Shown here piece after piece: positions 49,964-60,188 of a DNA stretch of 64,000 nucleotides. Every line of letters begins with the position of its first letter. Positions within the stretch are counted from its first letter, which is position 1. The DNA comes from an uncultured delta proteobacterium (GTDB lineage Bacteria > Desulfobacterota > BSN033 > UBA1163). The stretch lies in NCBI GenBank assembly GCA_963827685.1, contig CAWHBU010000004.1:384001-448000 (forward strand), given 5' to 3'. Made by a program: the position numbers and the translations under genes. The notes beneath the pieces were generated by a model, which saw only the letters and a program-made list of their open reading frames with translations, made no database searches and was not told the DNA's origin.

Positions 49964-52414
49964 ATGAAGGTGAAAAATGGGGTTAAGGAGAACATCGCCG
50001 TGGAAACGAAAAAGACCAACAAAACGGATAAGCCGTTGTCGCCCGATCTGCTGCGAAGGATGAACGCCTATTGGCGCGCCGCCAACTATCTGTCCGTCGG
50101 GCAGATTTATCTCTTCGACAATCCTTTGCTTCGGGAGCCGCTGAAACTGTCGCACGTGAAGCCGCTGGTGGTCGGACACTGGGGCACGACGCCGGGCCAG
50201 AACTTCATCTATGTCCATCTCAACCGGATCATCAAGCAGTATGATCTGAACGTGATCTATGTCACCGGCCCCGGTCACGGAGGACCGGGTCTGGTGGCCA
50301 ACACGTATCTGGAGGGCACGTACAGCGAGTTGTACCCGAACATCTCCCAGGACGAGCAGGGCATGAAACGATTATTCACCCAGTTCTCTTTTCCTGGCGG
50401 CATCCCCAGTCACGTAGCTCCGGAAACGCCAGGCTCCACCAACGAAGGCGGCGAACTCGGCTATTCCCTGGCGCACGCGTACGGTGCCGCGTTCGACAAT
50501 CCTGATCTACTGGTTGCGTGCGTCGTGGGCGATGGAGAGGGGGAGACCGGGGCACTGGCAACCAGTTGGCACTCGAATAAATTCCTGAATCCTGTCCACG
50601 ACGGAGTGGTCCTGCCGATCCTCCACCTGAACGGCTACAAGATCGCCAACCCCACCGTGCTGGCTCGGATCAGTCACGAGGAATTGGAGCAGCTCTTCCG
50701 TGGCTATGGTTACGACCCGTATTTCGTTGAGGGAGACGATCCCGACAAAGTTCACCAGCTCATGGGAGGCACACTCGACAGAGTCGTCGCCGAAATCAAA
50801 AGCATTCAAACCGAGGCGCGCACCAAAGGATTCAAGAAACGGCCTGCCTGGCCGATGATCATTCTTCGTATACCCAAAGGATGGACAGGACCAAAGGTGG
50901 TGGATGGTTTGCCTGTCGAAGGCACGTTTCGCGCGCACCAAGTGCCGCTTTCAGAATTGACTACGAAACCCAAGCACCTGAAAATGCTTGAGCAGTGGAT
51001 GAAGAGCTATAAGCCCGAAGAGCTTTTTGATAAGAGCGGCAAACTCATCCCGGAATTGGCAGAATTGGCTCCCAAGGGCGAACGGCGAATGGGGGCCAAC
51101 CCTCATGCAAATGGTGGAATCCTGCCTCGTGACCTGAGAATGCCGGACTTTCGCGCTTACGCCGTTGCCGTTCCTCAGCCAGGTACCGTCGTAGCGGAGG
51201 CCACTCGGATCATGGGAGCATTCATTCGGGACGTGATGAAACTGAATTGGGAGCGTCGCAATTTTCGTGTCTTTGGCCCGGATGAGACGGCCTCAAACCG
51301 TCTCACGCACTTGTTCGACATCACCGGCCGTGTCTCTACCGCCGAGATTCTGAAAACCGACGACCACGTTTCGCCCAACGGCCGCGTGATGGAGGTGCTG
51401 AGCGAGCATTTATGCCAGGGCTGGCTTGAAGGCTATCTCCTCACGGGGCGGCACGGTCTTTTCTCCTGCTACGAAGCGTTCATTCACATCGTGGATTCGA
51501 TGTTTAACCAACACGCCAAGTGGTTGAAAGTGACGCGTCACATTCCCTGGCGACGCCCCATCGCCTCGCTGAATTACCTACTCACTTCGCATGTGTGGCG
51601 GCAGGACCACAACGGGTTCAGCCACCAGGACCCGGGTTTCATCGACCATGTGGTGAACAAGAAGGCAGACATCATCCGCGTCTATCTGCCGCCGGATGCC
51701 AACACCCTGCTGTCAGTGACAGACCATTGCTTGCGGAGCCGCAATTACGTCAATGTCATCGTTGCGGGCAAACAGGCGGAACTCCAATGGTTGGACATGG
51801 ATGCGGCCATTAAACACTGCACAGCCGGGCTCGGCATCTGGGAATGGGCCAGCAACGACGAGGGCGGCGACCCCGATGTGGTGATGGCCTGCTGCGGTGA
51901 TGTACCAACCTTGGAAACACTGGCCGCTGTCGAGATCCTGCGACAGCATTTCCCGGAACTAAGGATTCGCGCCATCAACGTGGTGGACTTGATGACGCTC
52001 CAGCCGCAGAGCGAGCATCCCCACGGATTGAGCGACAAGGACTTCGATGTGCTCTTCACCAAGGACAAGCCCATCATATTCGCCTTCCACGGCTATCCCT
52101 GGCTGATCCACCGCTTGACCTACCGCCGGACAAACCACAAAAACCTGCACGTCCGGGGTTACAAGGAAGAGGGAACAACCACCACCCCCTTCGACATGGT
52201 GGTGTTGAATGAGCTCGATCGCTTCCACCTGGTTGGCGATGTGATCGATCGTGTGCCCGGTCTGGAATCACGCGCTGCCTACGCTAAACAGTTTATTCGC
52301 GACAAGCTGGTTGACCACAAGACCTACATCCACAAATATGGCGAAGATATGCCCGAAATTCGCAATTGGAGATGGAGCTCGGGCAGAAACGACAAACAGT
52401 CGCATGCCGGATAG
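49964..52414 (+). CDS. xfp: Phosphoketolase (XFP family)
   Basis: [30 protein letters not shown] motif, QDHNGFSHQ; AAGGAG RBS before 49964. Confidence 0.96.
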   Translation: MKVKNGVKENIAVETKKTNKTDKPLSPDLLRRMNAYWRAANYLSVGQIYLFDNPLLREPLKLSHVKPLVVGHWGTTPGQNFIYVHLNRIIKQYDLNVIYVTGPGHGGPGLVANTYLEGTYSELYPNISQDEQGMKRLFTQFSFPGGIPSHVAPETPGSTNEGGELGYSLAHAYGAAFDNPDLLVACVVGDGEGETGALATSWHSNKFLNPVHDGVVLPILHLNGYKIANPTVLARISHEELEQLFRGYGYDPYFVEGDDPDKVHQLMGGTLDRVVAEIKSIQTEARTKGFKKRPAWPMIILRIPKGWTGPKVVDGLPVEGTFRAHQVPLSELTTKPKHLKMLEQWMKSYKPEELFDKSGKLIPELAELAPKGERRMGANPHANGGILPRDLRMPDFRAYAVAVPQPGTVVAEATRIMGAFIRDVMKLNWERRNFRVFGPDETASNRLTHLFDITGRVSTAEILKTDDHVSPNGRVMEVLSEHLCQGWLEGYLLTGRHGLFSCYEAFIHIVDSMFNQHAKWLKVTRHIPWRRPIASLNYLLTSHVWRQDHNGFSHQDPGFIDHVVNKKADIIRVYLPPDANTLLSVTDHCLRSRNYVNVIVAGKQAELQWLDMDAAIKHCTAGLGIWEWASNDEGGDPDVVMACCGDVPTLETLAAVEILRQHFPELRIRAINVVDLMTLQPQSEHPHGLSDKDFDVLFTKDKPIIFAFHGYPWLIHRLTYRRTNHKNLHVRGYKEEGTTTTPFDMVVLNELDRFHLVGDVIDRVPGLESRAAYAKQFIRDKLVDHKTYIHKYGEDMPEIRNWRWSSGRNDKQSHAG

Positions 52415-52462
52415 GTATGCCAGCGCGAATAAATCACTTGATTAATTTGGAGGATACTCGTC

Positions 52463-54925
52463 ATGCAAAAGATCGCAAGTAACGCTGAGGTGAAGGAAGA
52501 TCTGAAATCCCTGCCCCTGCCAGAATTGGAGAAAAAATTGGGGTCGTCGCCGAACGGCCTCAGTCAAGCCGAGGCGCAGCAACGGCTGACCCAATATGGG
52601 CCCAACGAGATTGAAGAAAAGAAAACCAATCCGTTCCTGAAATTTCTCACCTATTTTTGGGGACCCATCCCGTGGATGATTGAAGTGGCGGTTATTCTTT
52701 CGGCGGTGGTCAGGCACTGGCCGGATTTCTTCATTATCCTCGTGCTCCTGGTGGCCAACGCTGCTGTTGGCTTCTGGGAGGAATATCAAGCTGGCAACGC
52801 CATCGCCGCGCTGAAGGCTAAGCTGGCAATCCGTGCCCGCGTCCGACGCGATGGGAAATGGACCGCGGTGGCGGCGCGTGGACTGGTGCCCGGTGACGTT
52901 ATTAGCATGCGTCTCGGCGACATCGTGCCGGCGGATGCGTGCTTGTTGGAGGGTGATCCGGTGGAAGTGGACCAGTCCGCGTTGACGGGTGAGTCGTTGC
53001 CCGTCACGCGCAAAACCAGCGAGACAGTTTACTCGGGGTCGATTATCCGCCAAGGCGAAATTGAGGCACTGGTCTATGGTACGGGTCAGAACACGTACTT
53101 CGGCAAGACTGCGCAACTGGTGCAGGAGGCACATACCGTTAGTCATTTTCAGCGTGCCGTGCTCAAGATTGGTGACTACCTGATCGTTCTGGCGGTGGCG
53201 CTGGTGATTCTGATTCTGACCGTTGCGCTGTTCCGCGGCGATAAAATGGTCACAACGCTACAGTTCGCATTGGTACTGACGGTAGCCGCAATTCCCGTAG
53301 CGATGCCCACCGTGCTTTCCGTAACAATGGCTGTGGGAGCGCGGGTGCTGGCGGCAAAACAGGCGATTGTCAGCTGGCTGGTGGCCATCGAAGAGTTGGC
53401 GGGGATGGATGTGCTTTGTTCGGATAAAACAGGCACCTTGACGCAAAACAAGCTGACTCTGGGCCCCCCGTTCAGCATCGAAGGAGTCAGCTCCGGCCAG
53501 GTGATTCTCAATGCTGCGCTGGCGTCGCGCGCGGAAAACCAGGACACCATTGATCTGGCCGTACTGAGCGGCATGAAGAACGATCAGGCTCTTAAGGGCT
53601 ACGAGGTAATCCATTTCCAGCCGTTCGACCCGGTGCACAAGCGCACCGAGGCCACCGTCAAAACGGCGGACGGGAAGACGTTCAAGGTGACGAAAGGCGC
53701 ACCGCAGGTGATATTGGAGTTGGCGGCCAATGCCGCACAGGTAAAGCCCACAGTCGAGAAAGGCATCAATGAATTCGCGGCGCGCGGCTTCCGTTCTCTC
53801 GGCGTGGCGCGCACCGATGAGCAGGGGCAATGGCAGTTTCTCGGTATACTGCCGCTTTTCGACCCGCCCCGCGGGGATTCTAAAGCGACCATCGCAACCG
53901 GGCGACAGATGGGCGTGAATGTGAAGATGGTTACGGGTGATCAATCGGCCATCGCCCGGGAAACCGCCCGGCAACTGGGGCTGGGCACGAACATCCTCGA
54001 TGCCAGCGGCTTCGGCGACACGCGTCATCACGAGACCGCGCAGTTGGCAGAGTCTATCGAAAAAGCGGACGGTTTCGCTCAGGTGTTCCCCGAACACAAG
54101 TTCCACATTGTAGATGTCTTACAGCAACACGGTCACATTGTCGGCATGACCGGTGACGGGGTAAACGATGCCCCTGCGCTGAAAAAGGCCGACTGCGGCA
54201 TCGCTGTCTCGGACGCGACGGACGCGGCGCGCGCCGCAGCTGCTATCGTGTTGCTTACGCCTGGACTTTCCGTAATCATCGACGCGATCAAGGAGAGTCG
54301 CAAAATCTTCCAGCGAATGAACAGCTACGCGACCTACCGCATCGCCGAGACGATTCGCGTGCTTTTGTTCATGACGTTGTCGATCCTGGTGTTTAACTTT
54401 TACCCGGTGACGGCGGTGATGATTGTGCTACTGGCGTTGCTCAACGACGGTGCGATCCTGTCCATCGCGTATGACAAGGTGCACTACTCGAATAAGCCGG
54501 AGGGCTGGAACATGCGGGTGGTGTTGGGGATCGCGACGGTGCTGGGCATGGCCGGTGTGGTTGCGTCGTTCGGGCTTTTCTATCTCGGTGAGCGTGTGTT
54601 TCACTTGGACCGTGAATTCATTCAGTCGCTGATGTACCTGAAGCTCTCCGTGGCAGGGCATCTGACGATTTTTATCACCCGCACCCGGGGCCCTTTCTGG
54701 TCTATACGTCCCGCGCGGATTCTGCTGACGGCAGTGATTGGCACGCAACTGGTTGCCACAGTTTTTGCGGTGTATGGAATCCTGATGACACCCATTGGTT
54801 GGGGCTGGGGGCTGGCGGTGTGGGGTTATGCCTTGGCCTGGTTTTTGGTGAACGATCGGATTAAATTGGCGGCGTATCGGATTTTCAACCTGCACGAGCC
54901 AGGGTTATTAGTCAAGGGGCGCTAA
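52463..54925 (+). CDS. Plasma-membrane-type proton-efflux P-type ATPase (P3A)
   Basis: TGES, AIPVAMPTV, CSDKTGTLT, PFDPVHKR, KGAP, GDGVNDAPAL, LNDGAILSIAYD. Confidence 0.94.
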   Translation: MQKIASNAEVKEDLKSLPLPELEKKLGSSPNGLSQAEAQQRLTQYGPNEIEEKKTNPFLKFLTYFWGPIPWMIEVAVILSAVVRHWPDFFIILVLLVANAAVGFWEEYQAGNAIAALKAKLAIRARVRRDGKWTAVAARGLVPGDVISMRLGDIVPADACLLEGDPVEVDQSALTGESLPVTRKTSETVYSGSIIRQGEIEALVYGTGQNTYFGKTAQLVQEAHTVSHFQRAVLKIGDYLIVLAVALVILILTVALFRGDKMVTTLQFALVLTVAAIPVAMPTVLSVTMAVGARVLAAKQAIVSWLVAIEELAGMDVLCSDKTGTLTQNKLTLGPPFSIEGVSSGQVILNAALASRAENQDTIDLAVLSGMKNDQALKGYEVIHFQPFDPVHKRTEATVKTADGKTFKVTKGAPQVILELAANAAQVKPTVEKGINEFAARGFRSLGVARTDEQGQWQFLGILPLFDPPRGDSKATIATGRQMGVNVKMVTGDQSAIARETARQLGLGTNILDASGFGDTRHHETAQLAESIEKADGFAQVFPEHKFHIVDVLQQHGHIVGMTGDGVNDAPALKKADCGIAVSDATDAARAAAAIVLLTPGLSVIIDAIKESRKIFQRMNSYATYRIAETIRVLLFMTLSILVFNFYPVTAVMIVLLALLNDGAILSIAYDKVHYSNKPEGWNMRVVLGIATVLGMAGVVASFGLFYLGERVFHLDREFIQSLMYLKLSVAGHLTIFITRTRGPFWSIRPARILLTAVIGTQLVATVFAVYGILMTPIGWGWGLAVWGYALAWFLVNDRIKLAAYRIFNLHEPGLLVKGR

Positions 54926-54965
54926 AAAGTGAGGGGGAATGCGGTGAGAGAAAGGAGGAAAGGAG

Positions 54966-55454
54966 ATGCAGGTAGTGAAAAGAATAGCCACAGGCGTGCC
55001 TACAGTTATATTTTGTTCGTTACTCATTCTTCAATTAGCCTCAGCTGATTTTTCCAAGTGGAAAGACGAGAAAGGAATCGTCCATTTCAAACAGAACAAA
55101 GCAATTCCTCAAAAATACAGTCAAAACCTGGAAGGACAATATTGGGAAGAACTCAAAAACCCAAATTTTCCATTGGCACTTATAGATTGGCAACTTATTA
55201 CTAACCCGAGATCCAACGACAAATATATGGAAAAATGTATTATCGGAACTGTCAAAAATAATTCCGAAAAAGAATTTTCCGAGGTCAAGGTCGAATTTAC
55301 CGTTTATGATGAGGAAGGTGCTCAAATAGGCACTGTGTTTAGTAACCTCTATGATTTTAAACCTGGCGGCATTTGGAAATTTGAAATTCCTGTCACATCC
55401 GATGTCGGTAAAGCAGAATTGAAGGGACTTTATGTTCCTAAAAAAGAACTTTAA
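54966..55454 (+). CDS. Secreted protein with DUF4124-like and FxLYD-like domains
   Basis: KWKDEKGIVHF; IIGTVKNN...VEFTVYD...PGGIWKF. Confidence 0.8.
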   Translation: MQVVKRIATGVPTVIFCSLLILQLASADFSKWKDEKGIVHFKQNKAIPQKYSQNLEGQYWEELKNPNFPLALIDWQLITNPRSNDKYMEKCIIGTVKNNSEKEFSEVKVEFTVYDEEGAQIGTVFSNLYDFKPGGIWKFEIPVTSDVGKAELKGLYVPKKEL

Positions 55455-55507
55455 AAAGACTAAAAGGGGTTTGGTGATCGACACAAATCCTTAAAGGAGA
55501 TACTGAG

Positions 55508-56293
55508 ATGACTGGAAAAAGAAAACAGCAATTGAGTGAACTTGGTCGCAGATTTCTGGTTGCGATAGCGTTCCTCGCCGCTCTCTTATTGCCTATTTTT
55601 ATAGTACATACGGAAAGGGGTGAAGCAACCGAGCCGCAGGTGGTCAGCCAGCAACAGGGGTTGCGAGCTACCAAGATCATAGACGTCGTTGTTAAAAATG
55701 ATCGAGGGGATGAGGTGGGTGAGGTTGATGACCTTATCATGAGCCGAAATGGTAAAGTTAAAAAAGTAATCTTATCCGTAGGAGGGTTTTTGAAAATTGG
55801 CGAAAAATTGGTAGCAGTACCCTTTAGGGCATTGCGAATCACTGAAAGGGGAGACATTCTTTATAACATTACCAAGGAACAGCTTGAGAAGCATCCAAGC
55901 TTCAACTACAAAGAAGAACTTCCCTATGAGGATTACTATTCTTCATATAGAAACCCATCGCCTCCATTTCAAATGGGAAAATACAGGGGTAAATACTCCC
56001 CGTGGGAGTGGGAATATTTTCCGAGTCGTCTCTCTGTAAGCGCTATCTTAAGTAGAACGGTTTTGAATAATAAAGGTGAAGAATTGGGCGACATCGATGA
56101 CCTTATTATCAATCAAGAGGGTAAGGTTGAAAAGATCATTTTGGCTGTGGGCGGGTTCAAGTTCATGGGAATGGGCGAAAAGTTGGTAGCACTTCCGTTT
56201 AAGCCACTGAAGATTACCGATCTAGGTATCATTTACAACATCACAGCCCAGCAGCTCAACAATCTTCCAGAATTCAGCTACGGAAAAAAGTAG
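55508..56293 (+). CDS. Secreted protein with two PRC-barrel domains
   Basis: Two repeats of VxNxxGEExGxxDDLI...VGGF...GEKLVAxPF. Confidence 0.9.
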   Translation: MTGKRKQQLSELGRRFLVAIAFLAALLLPIFIVHTERGEATEPQVVSQQQGLRATKIIDVVVKNDRGDEVGEVDDLIMSRNGKVKKVILSVGGFLKIGEKLVAVPFRALRITERGDILYNITKEQLEKHPSFNYKEELPYEDYYSSYRNPSPPFQMGKYRGKYSPWEWEYFPSRLSVSAILSRTVLNNKGEELGDIDDLIINQEGKVEKIILAVGGFKFMGMGEKLVALPFKPLKITDLGIIYNITAQQLNNLPEFSYGKK

Positions 56294-56379
56294 ACAAAAC
56301 CAACCATTATGAATAAAATTGTTGGGGCACATCGGGACAAGCCCCATGATCCTTAAGTCTAAAGAGAAGGAGGAAGTCT

Positions 56380-56673
56380 ATGCAGTTCTTCTTCGGGTTG
56401 GCATTTTTGGTAGTCATTGTGTTAGCTATCTTTGCTATTCAAAATTCAACGGCTCCAACGGTGACGATGAAATTTCTTTTTTGGCAGTTTGAAACCTCCT
56501 TCGTCTATGCCATTCTGGGATCCATCGGCTCAGGGATGGCCATCATTCTTCTTCTCTGGATTCCATCCGCTATTAAAGGTTCATTTCGCTCGAAAAATTT
56601 GAAAAAAGAGATCGATATTCTGAAGAGGGAAAGGGACCATCAAAAGGAAGTAAACAAATCGAGAGAGCCATAA
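56380..56673 (+). CDS. LapA/DUF1049 family membrane protein
   Basis: AIFAIQN...KFLFWQFE, two TM helices plus coiled tail. Confidence 0.85.
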   Translation: MQFFFGLAFLVVIVLAIFAIQNSTAPTVTMKFLFWQFETSFVYAILGSIGSGMAIILLLWIPSAIKGSFRSKNLKKEIDILKRERDHQKEVNKSREP

Positions 56674-56837
56674 GAAGCCCCATCATCTTTTTTCGAGGTC
56701 TGACAGGCCAAGTCAAGAAAGGCATCGTAGGGCGATTTGTATGATACGGAGAGAATAGAAACGGAAACGAAGTCGATTGTCCGACACAGGCATCTTCATC
56801 TTGTCGGGCGCAAGGGAATAGTTAACCATAGAAACTC

Positions 56838-56996
56838 ATGAAAAAGTTCGAAACGGAAGTCCGGCTTAACCGGGAGATGAGCTTAATGGATGTCACGCTG
56901 ATCGGCGTAGGCGCGATGATCGTCGGGAAAAGATTCATGGAAAAGCATTGCACATTCGCAGGTGTGAGGAATCTTATTCAGCATCTCTTGGAGTAG
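56838..56996 (+). pseudogene. N-terminal remnant of an APC amino-acid permease
   Basis: RLNREMSLMDVTLIGVGAMI resembles APC TM1, then breaks off. Confidence 0.7.
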
Positions 56997-57093
56997 TGGA
57001 AGTAAGTTGGAATATAGGCTTCATAAATGATTTGGCTATATATAATTGATGTTCGTGACATAGTTATCTATTTTACCGAGAGAGGAGAATATC

Positions 57094-57660
57094 ATGGTCG
57101 AAGAGAAAAAAAAGACAGATGGGGGAAAGAAGTCTTCAATTGAAACCTTAATAAACACTCTTTCCAGCATTAAAGACAAAGCGCGCGAGGGGGCACGTCA
57201 CACTCTTGTGGCCATGGGAAAAGCCGCGGTGCCGGCACTAATCGAGGCGCTAAAAAGTAAGAATGCCTTGATGAGATGGGAAGCGGCCAAGGCCCTTGAG
57301 GAAATTGGCGATCCAGAGACAGCGCCTGTGTTGGTGAAGGCGCTGGAAAATGACGACTTTGACGTCCGCTGGCTTGCAGCCGAAGGGTTGATCAAAATGA
57401 ACATCAAGGGGTTAAAGCCCTTACTCGAGGCATTAGAACTTCGGGGAGATTCAGTTTTGCTCCGAGAAGGCGCTCACCATGTATTTCACGACCTGGCAAA
57501 AGGAGGATTGAGAAAATATCTGGTTCCTGTGTTGGCTTCATTGGAGGCTCTGGAACCAGGGGAGCAAGTTCCCTGGGTGGCTCGCCATGAGTTGGCGGTA
57601 GAGGTACCCATGGCGGCTCGCCAGGCCTTGGAAATACTGAAGAAATTGAAGAAGCCCTAG
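57094..57660 (+). CDS. HEAT-repeat protein
   Basis: AVPALIEAL...RWEAAKAL; APVLVKAL...VRWLAAEGL. Confidence 0.9.
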   Translation: MVEEKKKTDGGKKSSIETLINTLSSIKDKAREGARHTLVAMGKAAVPALIEALKSKNALMRWEAAKALEEIGDPETAPVLVKALENDDFDVRWLAAEGLIKMNIKGLKPLLEALELRGDSVLLREGAHHVFHDLAKGGLRKYLVPVLASLEALEPGEQVPWVARHELAVEVPMAARQALEILKKLKKP

Positions 57661-57906
57661 ATCGCCTTCAACACATTCGTCCTTTGGCCGAAGCCCTTCA
57701 CTATTAATTTAACGAGATCTGATCTAGCTCAAGGGAATGGGATATCGAAAGGAAAGCCGGCGACAAAGTGCAGTTGCAAGATCTGAGGCAAAAACTCAGT
57801 CACGTGTTAATGAGCTAAATAGGTTATAATTTTTTTAGGAGTTCCAATATGTGTTTTTCGTATAGTTGATCGAAAAATGTGTGTTTTTTTTAAAGGAGGA
57901 GTTACA

Positions 57907-58440
57907 GTGAAGCGTTTAACAGTGGTTTTCTTCTTTATGCTAATTTTCTTGCTATGGAATGTCTCGGTAGTTACTGCTCAATTCTTTGAGGCAGGGGTTC
58001 AAAAATTGGAGACCCCCATCGAGGCTCCTAATTTTAGGTTGAAGGAGATAGGGGGGCGAATGATCTCTCTCAAAGCGTTCAGGGGAAAAGTTGTTCTTCT
58101 AAACTTTTTTTCCCCTTCATGCTCAGTTTGCCAGAAGCAAGCTTCTTCTTTTGACAAACTGGACGAGGTAATTAGGAGCAAGGATGCCATTTTTCTCAGC
58201 GTAGCCGTGGAAGGAAGGGAAAAAGATTTACTAAAATATAAAGAGAAATTTAACCTCTCCGTACCCATTCTCATTGATGAAGATGGGTCCGTTGCTAAGG
58301 CTTATAGAATCCGAGGCCACCATGAAACTTTTTTCATTAACCGAAAGGGAAAGATTGTTGGGAAAACGTTCGCAGAAAAGGATTGGACATCACCAAGCAT
58401 GAAGAACCTCATTCAGTATCTTTTGAAGGAGGATAGATAA
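57907..58440 (+). CDS. TlpA/ResA-like redoxin
   Basis: APNFRL, RGKVVLLNF, CSVC; GTG start after AAGGAGG. Confidence 0.88.
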   Translation: MKRLTVVFFFMLIFLLWNVSVVTAQFFEAGVQKLETPIEAPNFRLKEIGGRMISLKAFRGKVVLLNFFSPSCSVCQKQASSFDKLDEVIRSKDAIFLSVAVEGREKDLLKYKEKFNLSVPILIDEDGSVAKAYRIRGHHETFFINRKGKIVGKTFAEKDWTSPSMKNLIQYLLKEDR

Positions 58441-58743
58441 ATCAAATCGGTTTTGGAAGATCCTTTGTTAGCGATTGATTTTTTATTAACATTTTCTCTT
58501 TCTAAATGGAATCTTAACATTTGATGGGTTCTTCATCGAACGATGACTATATCGGCCTTGAAATGGGAATAGTTACCACCATTCCCAGAGGATGAGATTG
58601 AAGAAATGGAAAAGGTAATAGTGCTCCACAGAATGAAAGCAGCATATTTCTCCTCAGAGTGCCCAAATGCTGTCAGCTATCTGAAAGGCTGTGCCAACGC
58701 CATGGCGAGTTAAATGTTAAAATTATAGTGAAAGGAGAATAAA

Positions 58744-59079
58744 ATGAAGAAACTTCCTTTAATTGTAGTCTTAGCATTGGTGATCGGAGTGATCTTTTAT
58801 GTCATTGATGGGAAAGCACAAATGGGGCCTGGTTATGGCGGGTACGGAATGGGCTGGGGATATGGGATGGGATGGTTTTGGAGTATCATCATGGTTGCCT
58901 TTTGGATCGCAGTGATTGTTGCAGTGGTTCTTCTTGTTAGGTGGCTCATAATAACGTCGAGGGCTGGTGGACATTTGGCAAAGTCAGAGGATTCGCCCCT
59001 GGGAATCCTTAAGCGGAGGTATGCACGAGGCGAGATCAACAAAGAAGAGTTTGAGGAAAAGAAGAAGGATCTGGCTTAA
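58744..59079 (+). CDS. SHOCT-domain membrane protein
   Basis: GMG-rich N-terminus, ILKRRYARGEINKEEFE. Confidence 0.9.
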   Translation: MKKLPLIVVLALVIGVIFYVIDGKAQMGPGYGGYGMGWGYGMGWFWSIIMVAFWIAVIVAVVLLVRWLIITSRAGGHLAKSEDSPLGILKRRYARGEINKEEFEEKKKDLA

Positions 59080-59213
59080 TTTAGTTGGTTGGTTTTCTGT
59101 GGCTGACTTTTTAGAAAATCTGGAACCTTACTGCGAATCTTACAAAGAAGAGAGTATGGTGGCGGCGAGAATATTTAGTGTTTTGATCTTATGGATAGAC
59201 GGATACTCTAAGG

Positions 59214-59642
59214 TTATTTAAATTTCTTTATGATTTCCACCTTGATCTTATCAAGGGGCATTTTCTCGTCGTAGAGTTTTTTTGTCAAGAGGGCCTCCTC
59301 TTGGCATATCATTCATCCTGCACCATGGTTATCAATAAAACAGTCTAAAAGATTTTCATGGCCAAAAGGCTCACACTCACAGAAACAGGGCATCTGAGCC
59401 AAAATCTTTGGAATCTCCCGTGCTACTTGATAAGCCTTCTTAGCTTTACCCTTAAAAAGGTTTGGATCAAGAGTCTTTGGTAATCCAGTCTGTGGATTGG
59501 TCATTTTCTCTTTTAGAGCTTTAAAGGCTTTTGGATCTGTTTCTTGTGCGAAAGCTTTAGCACGTTCTCCGGTAACCCACGTAAGCCCTAAAGCCAAAAT
59601 AAGGATTATCAGAACTCGATAAGGCATTTTATTTTCAACCAA
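59214..59642 (-). CDS. PCYCGC-motif family protein, predicted selenoprotein (UGA 59313-59315 read as Sec)
   Basis: PCFCEC...GH.NLLDCF..NHGAG-UGA-MIC; frame stays open 32 more codons to TAA 59214-59216; SECIS-like hairpin follows. Confidence 0.85.
59283..59312 (-). promoter_or_regulatory. Bacterial SECIS-like hairpin
   Basis: CAAGAGG-AGGC-CCTCTTG stem-loop; 16 nt between UGA and the loop; G at loop position 2. Confidence 0.75.
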
Positions 59643-59893
59643 ATCTATTCTCTGCTCTACACATACAATTTCAGTTCGTTACATTGTATTTTAAATCTCA
59701 ATATCTGAAGTTGTCAAACCAATATTGAAAGAGATAAGCTGACTCTGCCTTTGTTATTCGCCATTCAAACTTTCTAATGGCAATCTTCAATCATAGGATG
59801 CAATCTTAATTCAAGATCTGTAGGTGGAAGCGTTAAGTTTGGTGTGTGGGCAACATTTTCTAAGAAAATAAGGAGTTCTTCCTCAAATCAAGG

Positions 59894-59923
59894 TTGACAG
59901 CTTCCTGAAAAAATTTGTAGACT
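59894..59923 (+). promoter_or_regulatory. Sigma70-type promoter
   Basis: TTGACA-18 bp-TAGACT. Confidence 0.5.
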
Positions 59924-60112
59924 TCAATTGATAATTCTCAGCGTATCTGGAGCTTATTTAATTTCAAGCGGCAAGCGAGATCGTCATGGTCCAGCTTTGC
60001 GCTGAGAGATGGGATGTCTTCCTATCTTATGCAATCCGTGAAAGGGCCTTTCCGGTCTTGTTCTTATCTCCATCTTTTAGCTCACTCCAGTGAATCTGTT
60101 TTCCTAAATCAT

Positions 60113-60140
60113 TTGTTCAAAACATTAACCGTGATATAAT
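60113..60140 (+). promoter_or_regulatory. Extended -10 promoter upstream of nagA
   Basis: TTGTTC-16 bp-TATAAT with TGn. Confidence 0.5.
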
Positions 60141-60188
60141 CATCCAGGGTGAACGACTATCGTTATGGATTGAGGATTCGAAGTTAAG

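Noticed and set aside
58530-58713. Protein-like frameshifted fragment between the redoxin and SHOCT genes
   Set aside because: No family could be assigned; too weak to call.
59936-60080. glmS ribozyme or glycine/SAM riboswitch upstream of nagA
   Set aside because: Lacks AGCGCC..GACGAGG and the other consensus cores; kept only as an unknown structured candidate.
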